Source: an uncultured Gammaproteobacteria bacterium (GTDB lineage: Bacteria; Pseudomonadota; Gammaproteobacteria; UBA9214). Taken from it: 64,000 bases of DNA. A program made the translations under genes and the position numbers. Shown in pieces: positions 21,734 through 32,257 of the stretch; within the stretch, counting starts at the first letter, position 1; every line of letters begins with the position of its first letter. Location: positions 128,001-192,000 of the forward strand of contig CAVYZN010000009.1 in assembly GCA_963773065.1 (NCBI GenBank). Direction: 5' to 3'. The notes below the pieces were generated by a model, which was not told the origin of the DNA, ran no database searches, and worked only from the letters and a program-made list of their open reading frames with translations.

Positions 21734-24211
21734 CTAACGACAAGTCCGGCTGCGTCGGCTCCACCCAAGCCAAACAATAAAACCTGCCAGCAACCACCAA
21801 TCACCGCGATGCGACGGGTTGGCGCTACTTGCCAGGGTGCAGCCGCCGCTGTTGGTCGTGCGGTTGTCGACGAAAACCACACCGCCGCCGGCGCGCCGCC
21901 GCCGCCCATTCCGCGGGATCGGTGATCGTTCCAACTGCCGGGTCCTTGTCGTTGGGACCGTTGTCCTGAATGGTCAGTTGCAGACAGAATGGCCGGTAGT
22001 CAGAGGCCCATAGGCCGGACTGCCCGGGTCCGGGCACTGCGTGTCTCCGGGTACGAAGGGGGCGGACAGAATGGTATCGCCCTGGGTCGTATCGAAGCTG
22101 ACCCAGTCTGTATTAAAAATGCGCCAGACGGGTTTATTTGGAACACCGCCCGCCAGTGGAATCACAACGGAAACACTGGGGGTGGTGACATTGCTGACGG
22201 TGAAGTCAAAGCAATCGCCGACACACTGCTGATCAACCTGGGTGTCGGCGCGTTACCTGATCGACAGTCAGCCTGTTTGCCGAGGTAAGGGTGCCATTGC
22301 TGGTCTTCAGGTTGCCATCGAGAAAACCCACCACGCCATTGAGGAACAGCGTATAGGGCACCCCGTTGAAACCGGATGGTTCTCCCGGAAGATCCTGTAC
22401 ATGGGCGGCGTAATTTAATTCAAACGTCGATTGATCCGCGCAGGGCGCCGGTGTGCAGGTAATCAATGCGAAGCCAAGGTCCTGCGGGAAGTCGCTGCTG
22501 CCCCCCAGATTGATCGCGGCAATTCCGTTCCAGCCAACGAACCACTTGGTGATAAATTCCAGAGTACCGTCAGGGTTGCCGGTGACGCCATTGTTCCGGG
22601 TCAAATGGAAACCGGTATTGCTGAAGAAACTCCAGGCCGCGTCGAGTCCTGTTTGTTCGTTGCCGTTGGGAGCCCCCGTATGCGAGCCGGTGGCCGGCTG
22701 GGCATGTCCAATCACAACCCCGCCGGCGGGTCCGGGCGTCATCGTCGTATAAATGAGGGTGGTCGGGGTCACCTGCATGGTGAAATAGGAACCGGATTTG
22801 GCGGCACGCTTGAATTGGTTGGATCCCCAGGGACACCCGCCTCGAAGAACAGCACCGGGATGATGTCAGGGTCCAGCGCCGGGGGCCAGTCGGAAGCAAT
22901 TTCTGTGACATCGATAGTGACCGTGGCGATGTTGGATTGTAGCGGGGGGTTGAAGGTATCGATATCGCTGACCTGGTAGGTGCAGGAGAATTGCCCGGAT
23001 GCCGAGGGCGGTGTTTGTGAATAGGTAATGGTCCCGTTGGCGTTGGCGATGCAACTGCCCACTGCCGGCTGGGTCAATACGGTCACCGACGCGGGGTTGA
23101 TCCCGCCCGGCAGGCCCGGGGCGTTGTTTGCATCCGTGTCGTTGGCCAGCACATCGATGACCAGGCTGCCGCCGGCATTATCCAGAGCGGCGGTATTTGT
23201 CTGAGCGGAATCATTGCCTGCCACCGGCGCCACGTTGGCCTGTACATCGACTGAAACCGTCGCCGCATTGGAAGTGCCGAAGGCGTTGGCGACGGTGTAG
23301 TCGAAGGCGTCCGCGCCCTGGAAAGGCGTACCCGCGGTGTTCGGTGTATAGGTGGCGGTGTTGTCCGCGTTGCCGATGGCCGTGCCATTGGCGGGCGGGG
23401 TCGTTATGGTCACGGAAGCCGCGTGTAAACCCGGTGGCGGAACTATCGTTGGCCAGGACATTCACGGTAACGGGATTGCCAACGATGGTCTTGGCCGAGT
23501 CGGGATTGGCGACCGGGACCGCTCCTGACTGGTTGACGACGCCCTCCAGGTGCAGCTCGTAATTGCACGCCACCGAAGCCGGAGGGATCGCCGACCGGCA
23601 CGGTCGCACGGTAGTCCAGGCTATAGGCGTCGCCATACACGCCGTCCCAGGTGAAGTTGCCCACGCCATTGGTGAAGGTGCCCGTGGCGCCGGTATGGCC
23701 GGCGCCGGTGCCGGTCGCCCAGGCGCCGGTACCCATGGGGATAGCGGGGATGCTGTTCCAGGTCACGGTCCAGCCGCTCATGTTCAGGCCGGCGGTGGTG
23801 CTGCCGGTGACGCCGACGGTCGTGTAGTCGCTGCCGGTGTTGTTAAAGAAGAACCACGGGGCATCGATGGCATTGGTGTCGCCCGCGGTCGGCGCGCCGC
23901 CATGGCTGGCGCCGGCCGCGGTGGTCGTGCCGATGATGAGACCGGTGGTGCCCTGCTGAGAGCGGGACTTCTCGGTCTGTTGAATCTTGGAGTTGCCGTT
24001 GGTGTCCATCGCGAAGTAGGAACCGGTAATCACCAAGGCGTTCGCTGCCGGTGTTGGTGCCGGTGATGGTCAACTGATCCCCGTTGTTGGGCGTAGCGGC
24101 CTGCGCGCCGATCGCGGTAAAGCCCATGACAGCCGCCAGAGCGGCGCTAAGTACGGTTTTTTTGATGTTGCCGGCGGACCGCGCTTGGCGAGTGTTTTCA
24201 AATTGAAACAT
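21734..24211 (-). CDS. Large surface protein A (~825 aa, frameshifted): signal peptide, two 'GDPSGFGGV' domains, two Big_9-like Ig repeats, choice-of-anchor-U-like domain, Cys-containing C-terminal sorting tag
   Basis: Stitched from ORFs 23843-24229, 23443-24036, 23211-23669, 22769-23461, 22233-22778, 21974-22165, 21825-22037, 21734-21934; RBS GAGGAGGT; tail 'SGGCTL…GDWWLLAGFIVWLGWSRRSR'. Confidence 0.75.
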
Positions 24212-24337
24212 GGGAAACGACCTCCTCATCTACAGAATAATTATCATGCGGCCTTGCCGGGCAGGTATGTCAGTGCCGAGGGTTCCGCGACTGTTGTTCG
24301 TATGTTCGGGGCAGTTGCGATGTGCAAGGTATGCCTG

Positions 24338-25645
24338 TCAAAGCTTGTACCCGAAGCTCACCCCGAATGCATCCTGGTGCATTTTCAGTTTCGCGGTATT
24401 GCCGATCAGCGTGGGACCTTCCTCCTCATGCTCGAAGGCATGCACGTAGGAGAAGCTCCACTCCACCTGTTTGCTGGGACTGTAGGTCGTGCCCAGGGTC
24501 AAATGGTTCTGGACCACCGCGGGCGCCACGATGCCAAACAGCAGCGGGCCCCTGGCGCCGGAAAGGTTGGGATTGTCGCCGTTCGTTACCTCGCGCATCG
24601 GGCTCTTGCCGTAGTCCCAGCCGGTGCGGAAGGTCCACTCGCTGTTGTAGTCGTAAAGTATGCCGATCTTGAAGACCGTCTGGTCGCGCCACTCGAAGCC
24701 GAGGCCGTCATCCTGCCCCAGGGCATTTTGCTGCTGGCTCTCCGGGAAGGGCGAGCCGCTCACGTTGACGGTTTTGTTGCCGATGGCGGCGACGTCCGAG
24801 TAGAGGGTGCGGGTCACGTCGAAGCCCACGGTGAGTTTCGGCATGAACTTGTAGGCGATGCCCACGCCGAAATTCGCCGGCGTGTCCAGATCGCCCTGCT
24901 CGGCAAACAGGTCCTCGTAGTCCTTGAATCTCGTCATATAGATACGGGAGGTGTAGACGGCGCCGAGTGACAGTTTCTTGTCAAGAAATTCGCCCATCCA
25001 GCCGAAGCGGGCTCCCGCGCCATAGGCATAGTCGTTGCCGTTATTGGTCAGCTTGTCGGTAAACAGGCCGGTGCTGGTGAAGTTGGAGAAATAATCCAGG
25101 CCGAACGCGCGGAATTGCTGGATGCTGATGACCGGCGACAGGCCGATGGTGTTCTCCTTGTTGATATGGTAGGAAACCGTCGGGGCCATCTGCAGGATGG
25201 CGAGGTTGACGCCCAGGGTCTTGTTGACGTCGGCGCCCGTCAGATTGTTGTACAGGTTGGTGTTGTAACGGCTGCCGCCGCCGCCGGCCGGGATACCGGA
25301 AAAGCCGAAGGACAGCTTGCGATTGAAATTGTAGACAAACGCCATCGCCGGAAAGGCATAAAGATCGGCGGTGCTATTTACCTTTAACCCGCCGAGCTCG
25401 GCCGAGGCTTTGGGTATGAAGATATCCATGCCGGCATCGACGCGGCTATCGACAAAACCGATGCTTGCCGGATTGACGGCCCCGGCAACGGCGTCCTGCG
25501 GCATGGCGATGGCGACGCCGCCCGCTCCGCGCGCCTTGGTGCCCTGGCCGATCAGGAACATGCCGTTGGTGGCATGGCTTGCGGTCGGGAAGGCAATTGC
25601 GGCTACGATCGTTATCGTCGGCAGCCATTTGTATATTGGTTTCAT
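24338..25645 (-). CDS. OmpP1/FadL/TodX-family outer-membrane transporter
   Basis: 'ATNGMFLIGQG-KA-G-GG--IA-PQDA-----NPA' hatch motif; C-terminal beta-signal 'GVSFGYKL'. Confidence 0.9.
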   Translation of the reverse strand: MKPIYKWLPTITIVAAIAFPTASHATNGMFLIGQGTKARGAGGVAIAMPQDAVAGAVNPASIGFVDSRVDAGMDIFIPKASAELGGLKVNSTADLYAFPAMAFVYNFNRKLSFGFSGIPAGGGGSRYNTNLYNNLTGADVNKTLGVNLAILQMAPTVSYHINKENTIGLSPVISIQQFRAFGLDYFSNFTSTGLFTDKLTNNGNDYAYGAGARFGWMGEFLDKKLSLGAVYTSRIYMTRFKDYEDLFAEQGDLDTPANFGVGIAYKFMPKLTVGFDVTRTLYSDVAAIGNKTVNVSGSPFPESQQQNALGQDDGLGFEWRDQTVFKIGILYDYNSEWTFRTGWDYGKSPMREVTNGDNPNLSGARGPLLFGIVAPAVVQNHLTLGTTYSPSKQVEWSFSYVHAFEHEEEGPTLIGNTAKLKMHQDAFGVSFGYKL

Positions 25646-25961
25646 CAAGCACTCCTCCGGATATTTAGGGTCTTTTTGGGACTTATTCATCCATCGTCAA
25701 GCCGGCAGACTACGCATGTGACCGTAACCTGGGTGACTCCATATCAGTATCAAACCAGGTGTTTATTTCCTCGACTCGAGGTTTTTATGCTGAATTTTGG
25801 TATGGTTCTCTTTAAGGTCCTTTGTTATCAAGCTGGTTCTTTCTTGGTTTGTTATTTAGACCTTAAGATAGTGACAACGAATTATTAGGATGCAGGGATA
25901 GTGTATAGGCGGTCGCGTTTTGTCAAGGCTGCCGGCGGAATTTATCGTTAGAGCATATCGT

Positions 25962-27485
25962 ATGCGGCCAAACAGACCATCCTGCCCCTGCGGCAGCGGG
26001 AAACCCTACCGGAAATGCTGCGGGAAGGGGACGCCGGTACCCGGCGCCAAGCCGCGTCTGGTCGCATCTGCCGGATGGCCGGCGCCTGCCGGCAGCGCAG
26101 GTGATCCAGGAAGGCATGGCCTTGCATCAGGCCGGGCGCGTGCGCCGCGCCGCCGAACTCTACCGGCTCGCCCTCGAAGTCGAGCCGCGCCAGGCCGACG
26201 CGCTGCACCTGCTCGGGCTGACGGAGCACCAGCTCGGTAATAACGCCCGCGCGGTCGAACTCATCCACTCCGCCATCGAGATCAATCCCCGGGTGGCCAT
26301 GTTCCACAGCAATCTCGGCGCGGCGTATCGCGCCCTGGGCGAGGCGGCGCCGGCCGAGGCCGCCTGCCGTCGCGCCCTCGACCTCGATCCGTCGCTGCCG
26401 GAGGCCCATCTCAATCTTGGCGGGGCGTTGCTGTTGCGACAGGAGTTCGATGCCGCCTTGGCCGCCTATGCCAGGGCGCTGGCGCTGCGGCCGGGCTATG
26501 TCGATGCCCTGCTGGGACAGGGCGATGCCTTTCTGAGCAGGGACAGGCACTCATCGGCATTGCAGAGCTATCGACAAGTCCTCGAGGCGCAACCCGCCAA
26601 TGCCGCCGCGCTGACCCGCATCGGCATCACGCTGCGCAAGCAGGGGCGGATGGAAGACGCGATCCGCCACTACGAGGAGGCGATCCGCCGCTGCCCGGCA
26701 ATCCCTGAATTGCACAATAACGTCGCCATCCTGTATCAGCGTGCCGGGCGCCTGGAGGATGCCGCGGCCAGCCTGCGCCGCTTGCTCGAACTTACCCCGG
26801 ACGACGCCACGGCACGGCACCTGCTGAACGCCGTGGAAGGCACGACCACGGCGGCGTGCCCCGGCCGGGTATGTGCGCGATGTCTTCGATGGCTATGCGG
26901 AGAATTTCGAATCGCACCTGGTGGAAAAGCTCGGCTATCGCGTTCCTGAGCAATTGGCCCAGATCGTGAAACAGAGCTGGGGTGAGGGTGCGGCTGAAAA
27001 GACAGCGTTGGATATGGGGTGCGGCACTGGTTTGTTCGGGGCTGCCATTGCCGATGCGTGTCAGCGGTTGGTTGGTATCGATATAGCGCCAAAGATGGTG
27101 GCCAAGGCGCGGGAGAAGGGCATCTATACGGAGCTAGTCGTTGCCGACATCCTGTTGTCTCTACAAGAATTGTGCGGCGGCAAGTTTCGATCTGGTTGCG
27201 GCAACGGATGTATTTGTTTACATGGGCGACCTGGCGGCGATATTCATGGAGACTCGTCGGGTACTGCGCTCAGGCGGGCTTTTTGCGTTTTCTGTTGAGT
27301 CCGTATCCGATGGTGGTTCCGATTATGTGCTCGATATTACCGGACGTTACCGGCAATCGGAAACCTATCTGCGCCGGCTTGCCGGGAACTGTGGTTTGAG
27401 GATTGCGCATATCGCACCTGTTGTCATCCGCCACGAAGCAGAGCAACAAGTCTGCGGTTATCTCTGCGTGTTTGTCGCCCCGTAA
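25962..27485 (+). CDS. SEC-C + TPR + class I SAM methyltransferase (frameshifted)
   Basis: 'CPCGSGKPYRKCCG', TPRs, 'FDGYA--FE-HLV--LGY-VP', 'LDMGCGTGL', 'AATDVFVY-GDL'. Confidence 0.85.
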
Positions 27486-27608
27486 AATTTGCATGTGAGC
27501 TATCGAAATGCACTGGCAATTTAGCGGCGTTCCACGGGGCGGGTGCATAGGCCGCAGCTCGTAATGCACTGGTTATTTTTATCATCTGAGGGCTAGTGCC
27601 ACAGTCAG

Positions 27609-29740
27609 TTACGCATTGCCAGTGCACCAAGCTTCCCACTTTTCAGTGTAGCATCTTCTCCAGGTTGCGGGTGAGGAGAAGGGCGTCTGTGAGCGGTGAG
27701 TTTTCCATTCTCGTTCGAAGTCCCTGACGAATTCCATCCAATTTTACCCAATCAGTAGCCAGTCGGTTGGCGATCGCAAGGTACTCCTTGTTGCTGTGGG
27801 CAATGAGCTCTGGCATGCCCAGATTACTGAGTTGACTGAAACCAACTCGAGATACATGGGTGTTCCCTTCGAGTGTAATGACTGGCACACCCATCCACAG
27901 TGCGTCACAGGTCGTAGTGGTGCCGTTATAAGGGAAGGGGTCGAGCCGAATATCGATGTTGTTGTAATGTGCGAAATGTTCTTCGGACGAAGTGCTGTGG
28001 CAAAGCAGGTGCAATCGCCCCTCGAGTGGGGCATGTGAAAAGAAAGCGTTCTGCAGTGCCTGACATCTGGCGGGGTCATCAAGGGCATTGGTCTTTAATA
28101 CCAGGCGGGAATCGGGTGTTGAATCCAGAATCCTGGCCCACAAGGCGATGACTTCCGATGTGATCTTGGTCAGATTGTTGAATGAGCCAAAGGTTATGTA
28201 GCCATTTCGGAAAGCTGGGAGTTGTGCAACCCGGGGGTAGTTGTCGGGGGGTTGATAGCATGAGAATGAGTGCGGCAGTCTGATTAGTCGCTCGCTATAG
28301 TACTGATCTGTAACGCCAGTCAGGGTCCGAGTATTCGTCCGTGATGCGGATATCCATCGAAGACAGCCCGGTCGTGTTTGGATAGCCTATCCATGTTATC
28401 TGTATAGGTGCCGGCTTGCGAGCAAAAACCAGAAGTCGATTGCCGCCTGTATGCCCGTTCAGATCAATCAGGATATCAATCTTGTCGTCACGTATCTGCC
28501 GTGCTGCTGCGTCGTCTGACAGGCGGGCAATGTTGCACCACGTTCCGGCGTAATCCTGGATTCGGCGCGTTACATCATCTTCAGTGAGCGAATTTGAATA
28601 GCAGAAAATCTCGAATTTGTTACGATTATGATTGCGTAATACGGGCTCGATGAAGTGGGCAACCGCGTGCTTTCTGAAATCGGAAGACACGTAGCCTATC
28701 CTGATCCGCCTATCGGCTGAGCGGTCATTGTGATGGGGATGGACAGATGAAAGTAACGGTGTTTCAAAACGTTGCGCGAATTTCAGATGCTCTAGGTATA
28801 TGGCCTTGGCGTCTTGGTGAGTCAGGTAATTGAGTGCCATCAGCAGGCTGCTGTTTGTGTCTGCGTAGTTTGGCGCGAGTGTCTGCGCCTTTTGATAGTG
28901 TGTAATAGCTTCCTCGGCGCGACCTAGAGAGGCGAGTGCGTTGGCAAGATTATTTTCTGCCTGAGCGAAGCTGGGGTTGCGCTCTAATGCGAGCTGATAA
29001 TGTGTGATCAGGTCGCTGGTGCGATTCAGCTTTAACAGTGCAATTCCAGTTGCGCAGACCAGCGTTGGATTGTCCGGATAGGTGATTATTGCCTTTTGGC
29101 AGATGGCTAAGGCTACATCCGCTCGATCCTGTCGATACAGAATTTCAACGAGGGTCGGGTAGGCGTTGAAGAAATCTGGTTTGGATTCCAGTAGCCGTGT
29201 TATGAAGTGAGCTGCATCATCCGGTTTGTTTTCCGCAAGTAACGCATTCGCCATGAGGTAGAGTGATTCAGGCATGTCCGGTTGCAATGCCAGTGCTTTT
29301 CCGCAGGCCATCGTGGCTTTGTGATGCATGTGCAGCGCCAGATAGATTTTAGCCAGATTATTGTAATAGATGGCGATGTCTGAATTTATCCCTATAGCAT
29401 TCTCGACCAAGGTGGCGGCGCCCTGATGATTTCCCATCTGATGCAAGATCAGGCCCTTCAGGTGTAGTGCGTCGCTATTGCCGGGAACGACCTGCAGTAT
29501 GAGTTCGTAAATGGCCAAAGCCTGCCCAAGCCGTCCGGATTGATGGAGTTGAACGGCGCACTGAATAGCTGCCGGGACTGGGGTGACCGTGCCATTTGGA
29601 AGCCTGACTGTGGCGTTGGTTGCGCCGTCTTTTATCCGCTTATCCTTGCTGATTTGTTGTCTTGTGCCTATTCTGCCGCAGCAGTTTTTGAATTTTTTGC
29701 CGCTGCCACAATGACAATTCCTGCTGCGTTCAGAGTTCAT
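27609..29740 (-). CDS. SEC-C + TPR + GT41 (SPINDLY-like) glycosyltransferase, copy 3 (frameshifted)
   Basis: 'CHCGSGKKFKNCCG', TPRs, 'IRIGYVSSDFRKHAV', 'PAPIQITWIGYPNTTG', 'PFPYNGTTTTCDALWMGVPV'. Confidence 0.85.
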
Positions 29741-29788
29741 TGTTAATATCAGGCAGGCTGCAAAATGCCAACGATCTGGGTTGGGGAG

Positions 29789-31595
29789 TCAGCTTTCGCT
29801 ATATCCAAAATAATCAATGTAGCGTTCTAATACCGGTAGCACTGGTACCATATATTCCTCGTAGCGTTTCCAGCGATACTTGGCATGCTGATAAATGGGT
29901 TGCGTTACCTGGTGATAACTCGGCGTATGGATGTGGTGCGTCCGTGCATGCTCGTCGTGGTGCATCACCCTCTCGTCCCACTCCAGCCCAAGGAAATCCA
30001 GCAAGCGCCGCGACTCTCCGGCCGGGTCCGCCACTAGATCCTCGTAGCGGATGCGATGGTAGTCGACCGGCAGCACCGCGATATATTCCCGCCACAGCGA
30101 CATCACGCCGGCATAGGCCGCGGCGGTTTTTTCCAGGGTAAAAAAGGTCGACATCGCATTGTTGATGACGAAATTCTGCATGAAACAACTGAAGGTAACA
30201 TCGCAGGGGTGGCGTATGGCCAGGATGCACTTGGCCCTGGGGAAAAGCCGCCAGATCAGCGGGACCTCCACGGTGTTGAGCGGCATCTTGTCGACGAGGA
30301 TACGGTTCGGGTCGCGCCGCACGAAGCGTGCCGCGGCATCGAAATATACCTGGCGCAGCCGGCGCACATCATCCAGGGCCAGGGAGGATAGCGGTTTTCC
30401 CTTCAACGCTAGTTCGACCTCCGCGATAGTGGGTTTTTCCGGAATGGCCTGGAGGCGCGGATGGCTGTCCAGTATCTGCTCCAGCAAGGTGGTGCCGGAA
30501 CGCGGGAAGCCGAACAAAAAGATCGGGTTGCCGGTGCAGTCGTCATCCGGGAAGGACTGCCAGGTTTCGGGGTGATCGGCATGGAATTGCCGGCGCTGTG
30601 TTTCAATATGTGTCAGATACTGTTCACTTGCCGTGACGTCCGATAGCATGGAACGGGCCTTGAGGCGGTTGCCTTCGCTCAGGCAACGGAAGGCGCGCGC
30701 CGTCTCCTTTTTCTTGTCGTACAACTGTCCGAGCAGTAACAGGATGTCATGTTGCACCGATTCGGGGATCCGGGTACGGAGTTGTTCCAAACGGGCGATG
30801 GCCTCGTCGGTACGTCCTTCATGGCGGGCGATGCGCGCAGCGGCCAAATTCATGGAAGGGGAGTCTGGGTCTATAGCGAGTCCGCGCTTGACCCAATCCT
30901 TTGCATCGTCATACTGATTGGATTTCTCGTGCAACTCCGCCAATATGATCATGGCATCCAGAAAATTCGGGTCCCGCCGCAAAGCCTCCCGGCAATAAGC
31001 TTTTGCCTCGTCATAATCACCTTGCATCTGATTTAGCACGGCGAAATTGCACAATACCTGCGGCGGCCCGGGTTGCAGCTCATTGGCGCGCTGTAAACAC
31101 CGCGCCGCTTCCTCGATATTTCCCAGGGCGAGCAGGAGCGCGCCCCGGTTACTCAGTGCCTGCAAGGTAGTCCGGCTGCAGCTCGATCGCCCGGGCGTAA
31201 CTCACGTCCGCCTCCACGCAGGCGCCGGTCTCGCGCAGGGCGTTGCCGAGCAGGTAATGGGTTTCGGCGACCTCCGGCTGCAGACTCAATGCCTTGCGAT
31301 AGCAGCCGATCGCCGCCGGCAGTTGTCCCTGGTATTGCAGCGCCGTGCCGAGGATCTGGTGGGCGGGTGCAAAATCCGGGTTCACGGACAAGGCATGCCG
31401 GGCCGCCTGTTCAGCCTCGATATAATGACCGAGCTTGCGCTCGATCAGTCCCAGCAGGGTCCACGCCTCGGCGTCCCTGCGGTCGGCCTGGCAGACCTGA
31501 GTGCACAAGCGGTGAGCCTCGGCGAATTGGTTGCGGTTGAGCAGTTCCTCTGCCTTGAGTTTCTTGGAGCGGGTCAGGATGTTTTTCTTGCTCAT
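29789..31595 (-). CDS. TPR-containing sulfotransferase 1 (frameshift ~31160)
   Basis: PAPS-binding 'FGFPRSGTTLLEQIL-SHP', 'DKMPLN', 'RHP-D---SCF', 'TPSYHQV-QPIY-----RW--Y'. Confidence 0.9.
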
Positions 31596-31625
31596 GGGTC
31601 ACGATTCTGTGGGGTGCGATAGAGA

Positions 31626-31762
31626 TTGTGTCGATTCATAAAACCCATTTTCACCGCAGAGACGCAAAGATCGCAAAGGAATTCTTATAAATAAAAACAA
31701 TTAACCAGCTTTGCGATCTTTGCGTCTCTGCGGTGAAATATAGTGTATTAGGTGGGCACTAG
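31626..31762. repeat. MITE-like element with perfect 30-bp internal inverted repeat
   Basis: TTTCACCGCAGAGACGCAAAGATCGCAAAG (31649-31678) and exact complement (31709-31738); homologous to 34370-34510. Confidence 0.75.
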
Positions 31763-31877
31763 AATCGTGCATCCTAAAGAACCGCTGCTCAATTGACAAT
31801 TTATCTGACAATTCATCACCTTCGCATGTGGCGGACAGGATTCTTGTATCTGACTGATAAATAATGATAAAGGCATT

Positions 31878-32007
31878 TGTCGGGTTTACTTACAATTAAA
31901 TGTAGAAGTGAATATTCACGCATTACAATAGCTTATATTTGATTGCAGCGAATTCCGCACCCATGACAGATCTGTAGGCTGCGGATTTTCTGTCGGTTGA
32001 TCTTACA
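31878..32007 (+). promoter_or_regulatory. Two TGT-N11-ACA boxes, candidate sigma54 activator (bEBP) sites
   Basis: TGTCGGGTTTACTTACA (31878-31894) and TGTCGGTTGATCTTACA (31991-32007). Confidence 0.6.
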
Positions 32008-32093
32008 TTCTGGAATTTGAGCCGGGCGCCCTGTTTGCGTGAGTTTAATGCATCTATATGAATGTAAAGTAGATATTATTTTTTTCAAGGAGC

Positions 32094-32109
32094 TGGCATG
32101 GGCATTGCT
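32094..32109 (+). promoter_or_regulatory. Sigma54 -24/-12 promoter
   Basis: TGGCATGGGCATTGCT = GG-N10-GC consensus, ~150 bp upstream of the 32258 ATG, with AT-rich tract between it and the boxes. Confidence 0.75.
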
Positions 32110-32257
32110 TTAATGTTTGGTGCCAAGGTGAAGCGTGTTGGCTGAAGTCCTGGCAAATTACGTGAGACGAAAATAAGACAACACTTCTTCGAAACCTAAA
32201 TTTAACTAACATTCAATTAGGTTAATTAACACTTAACTCATTTGAGAGGAGTACACG

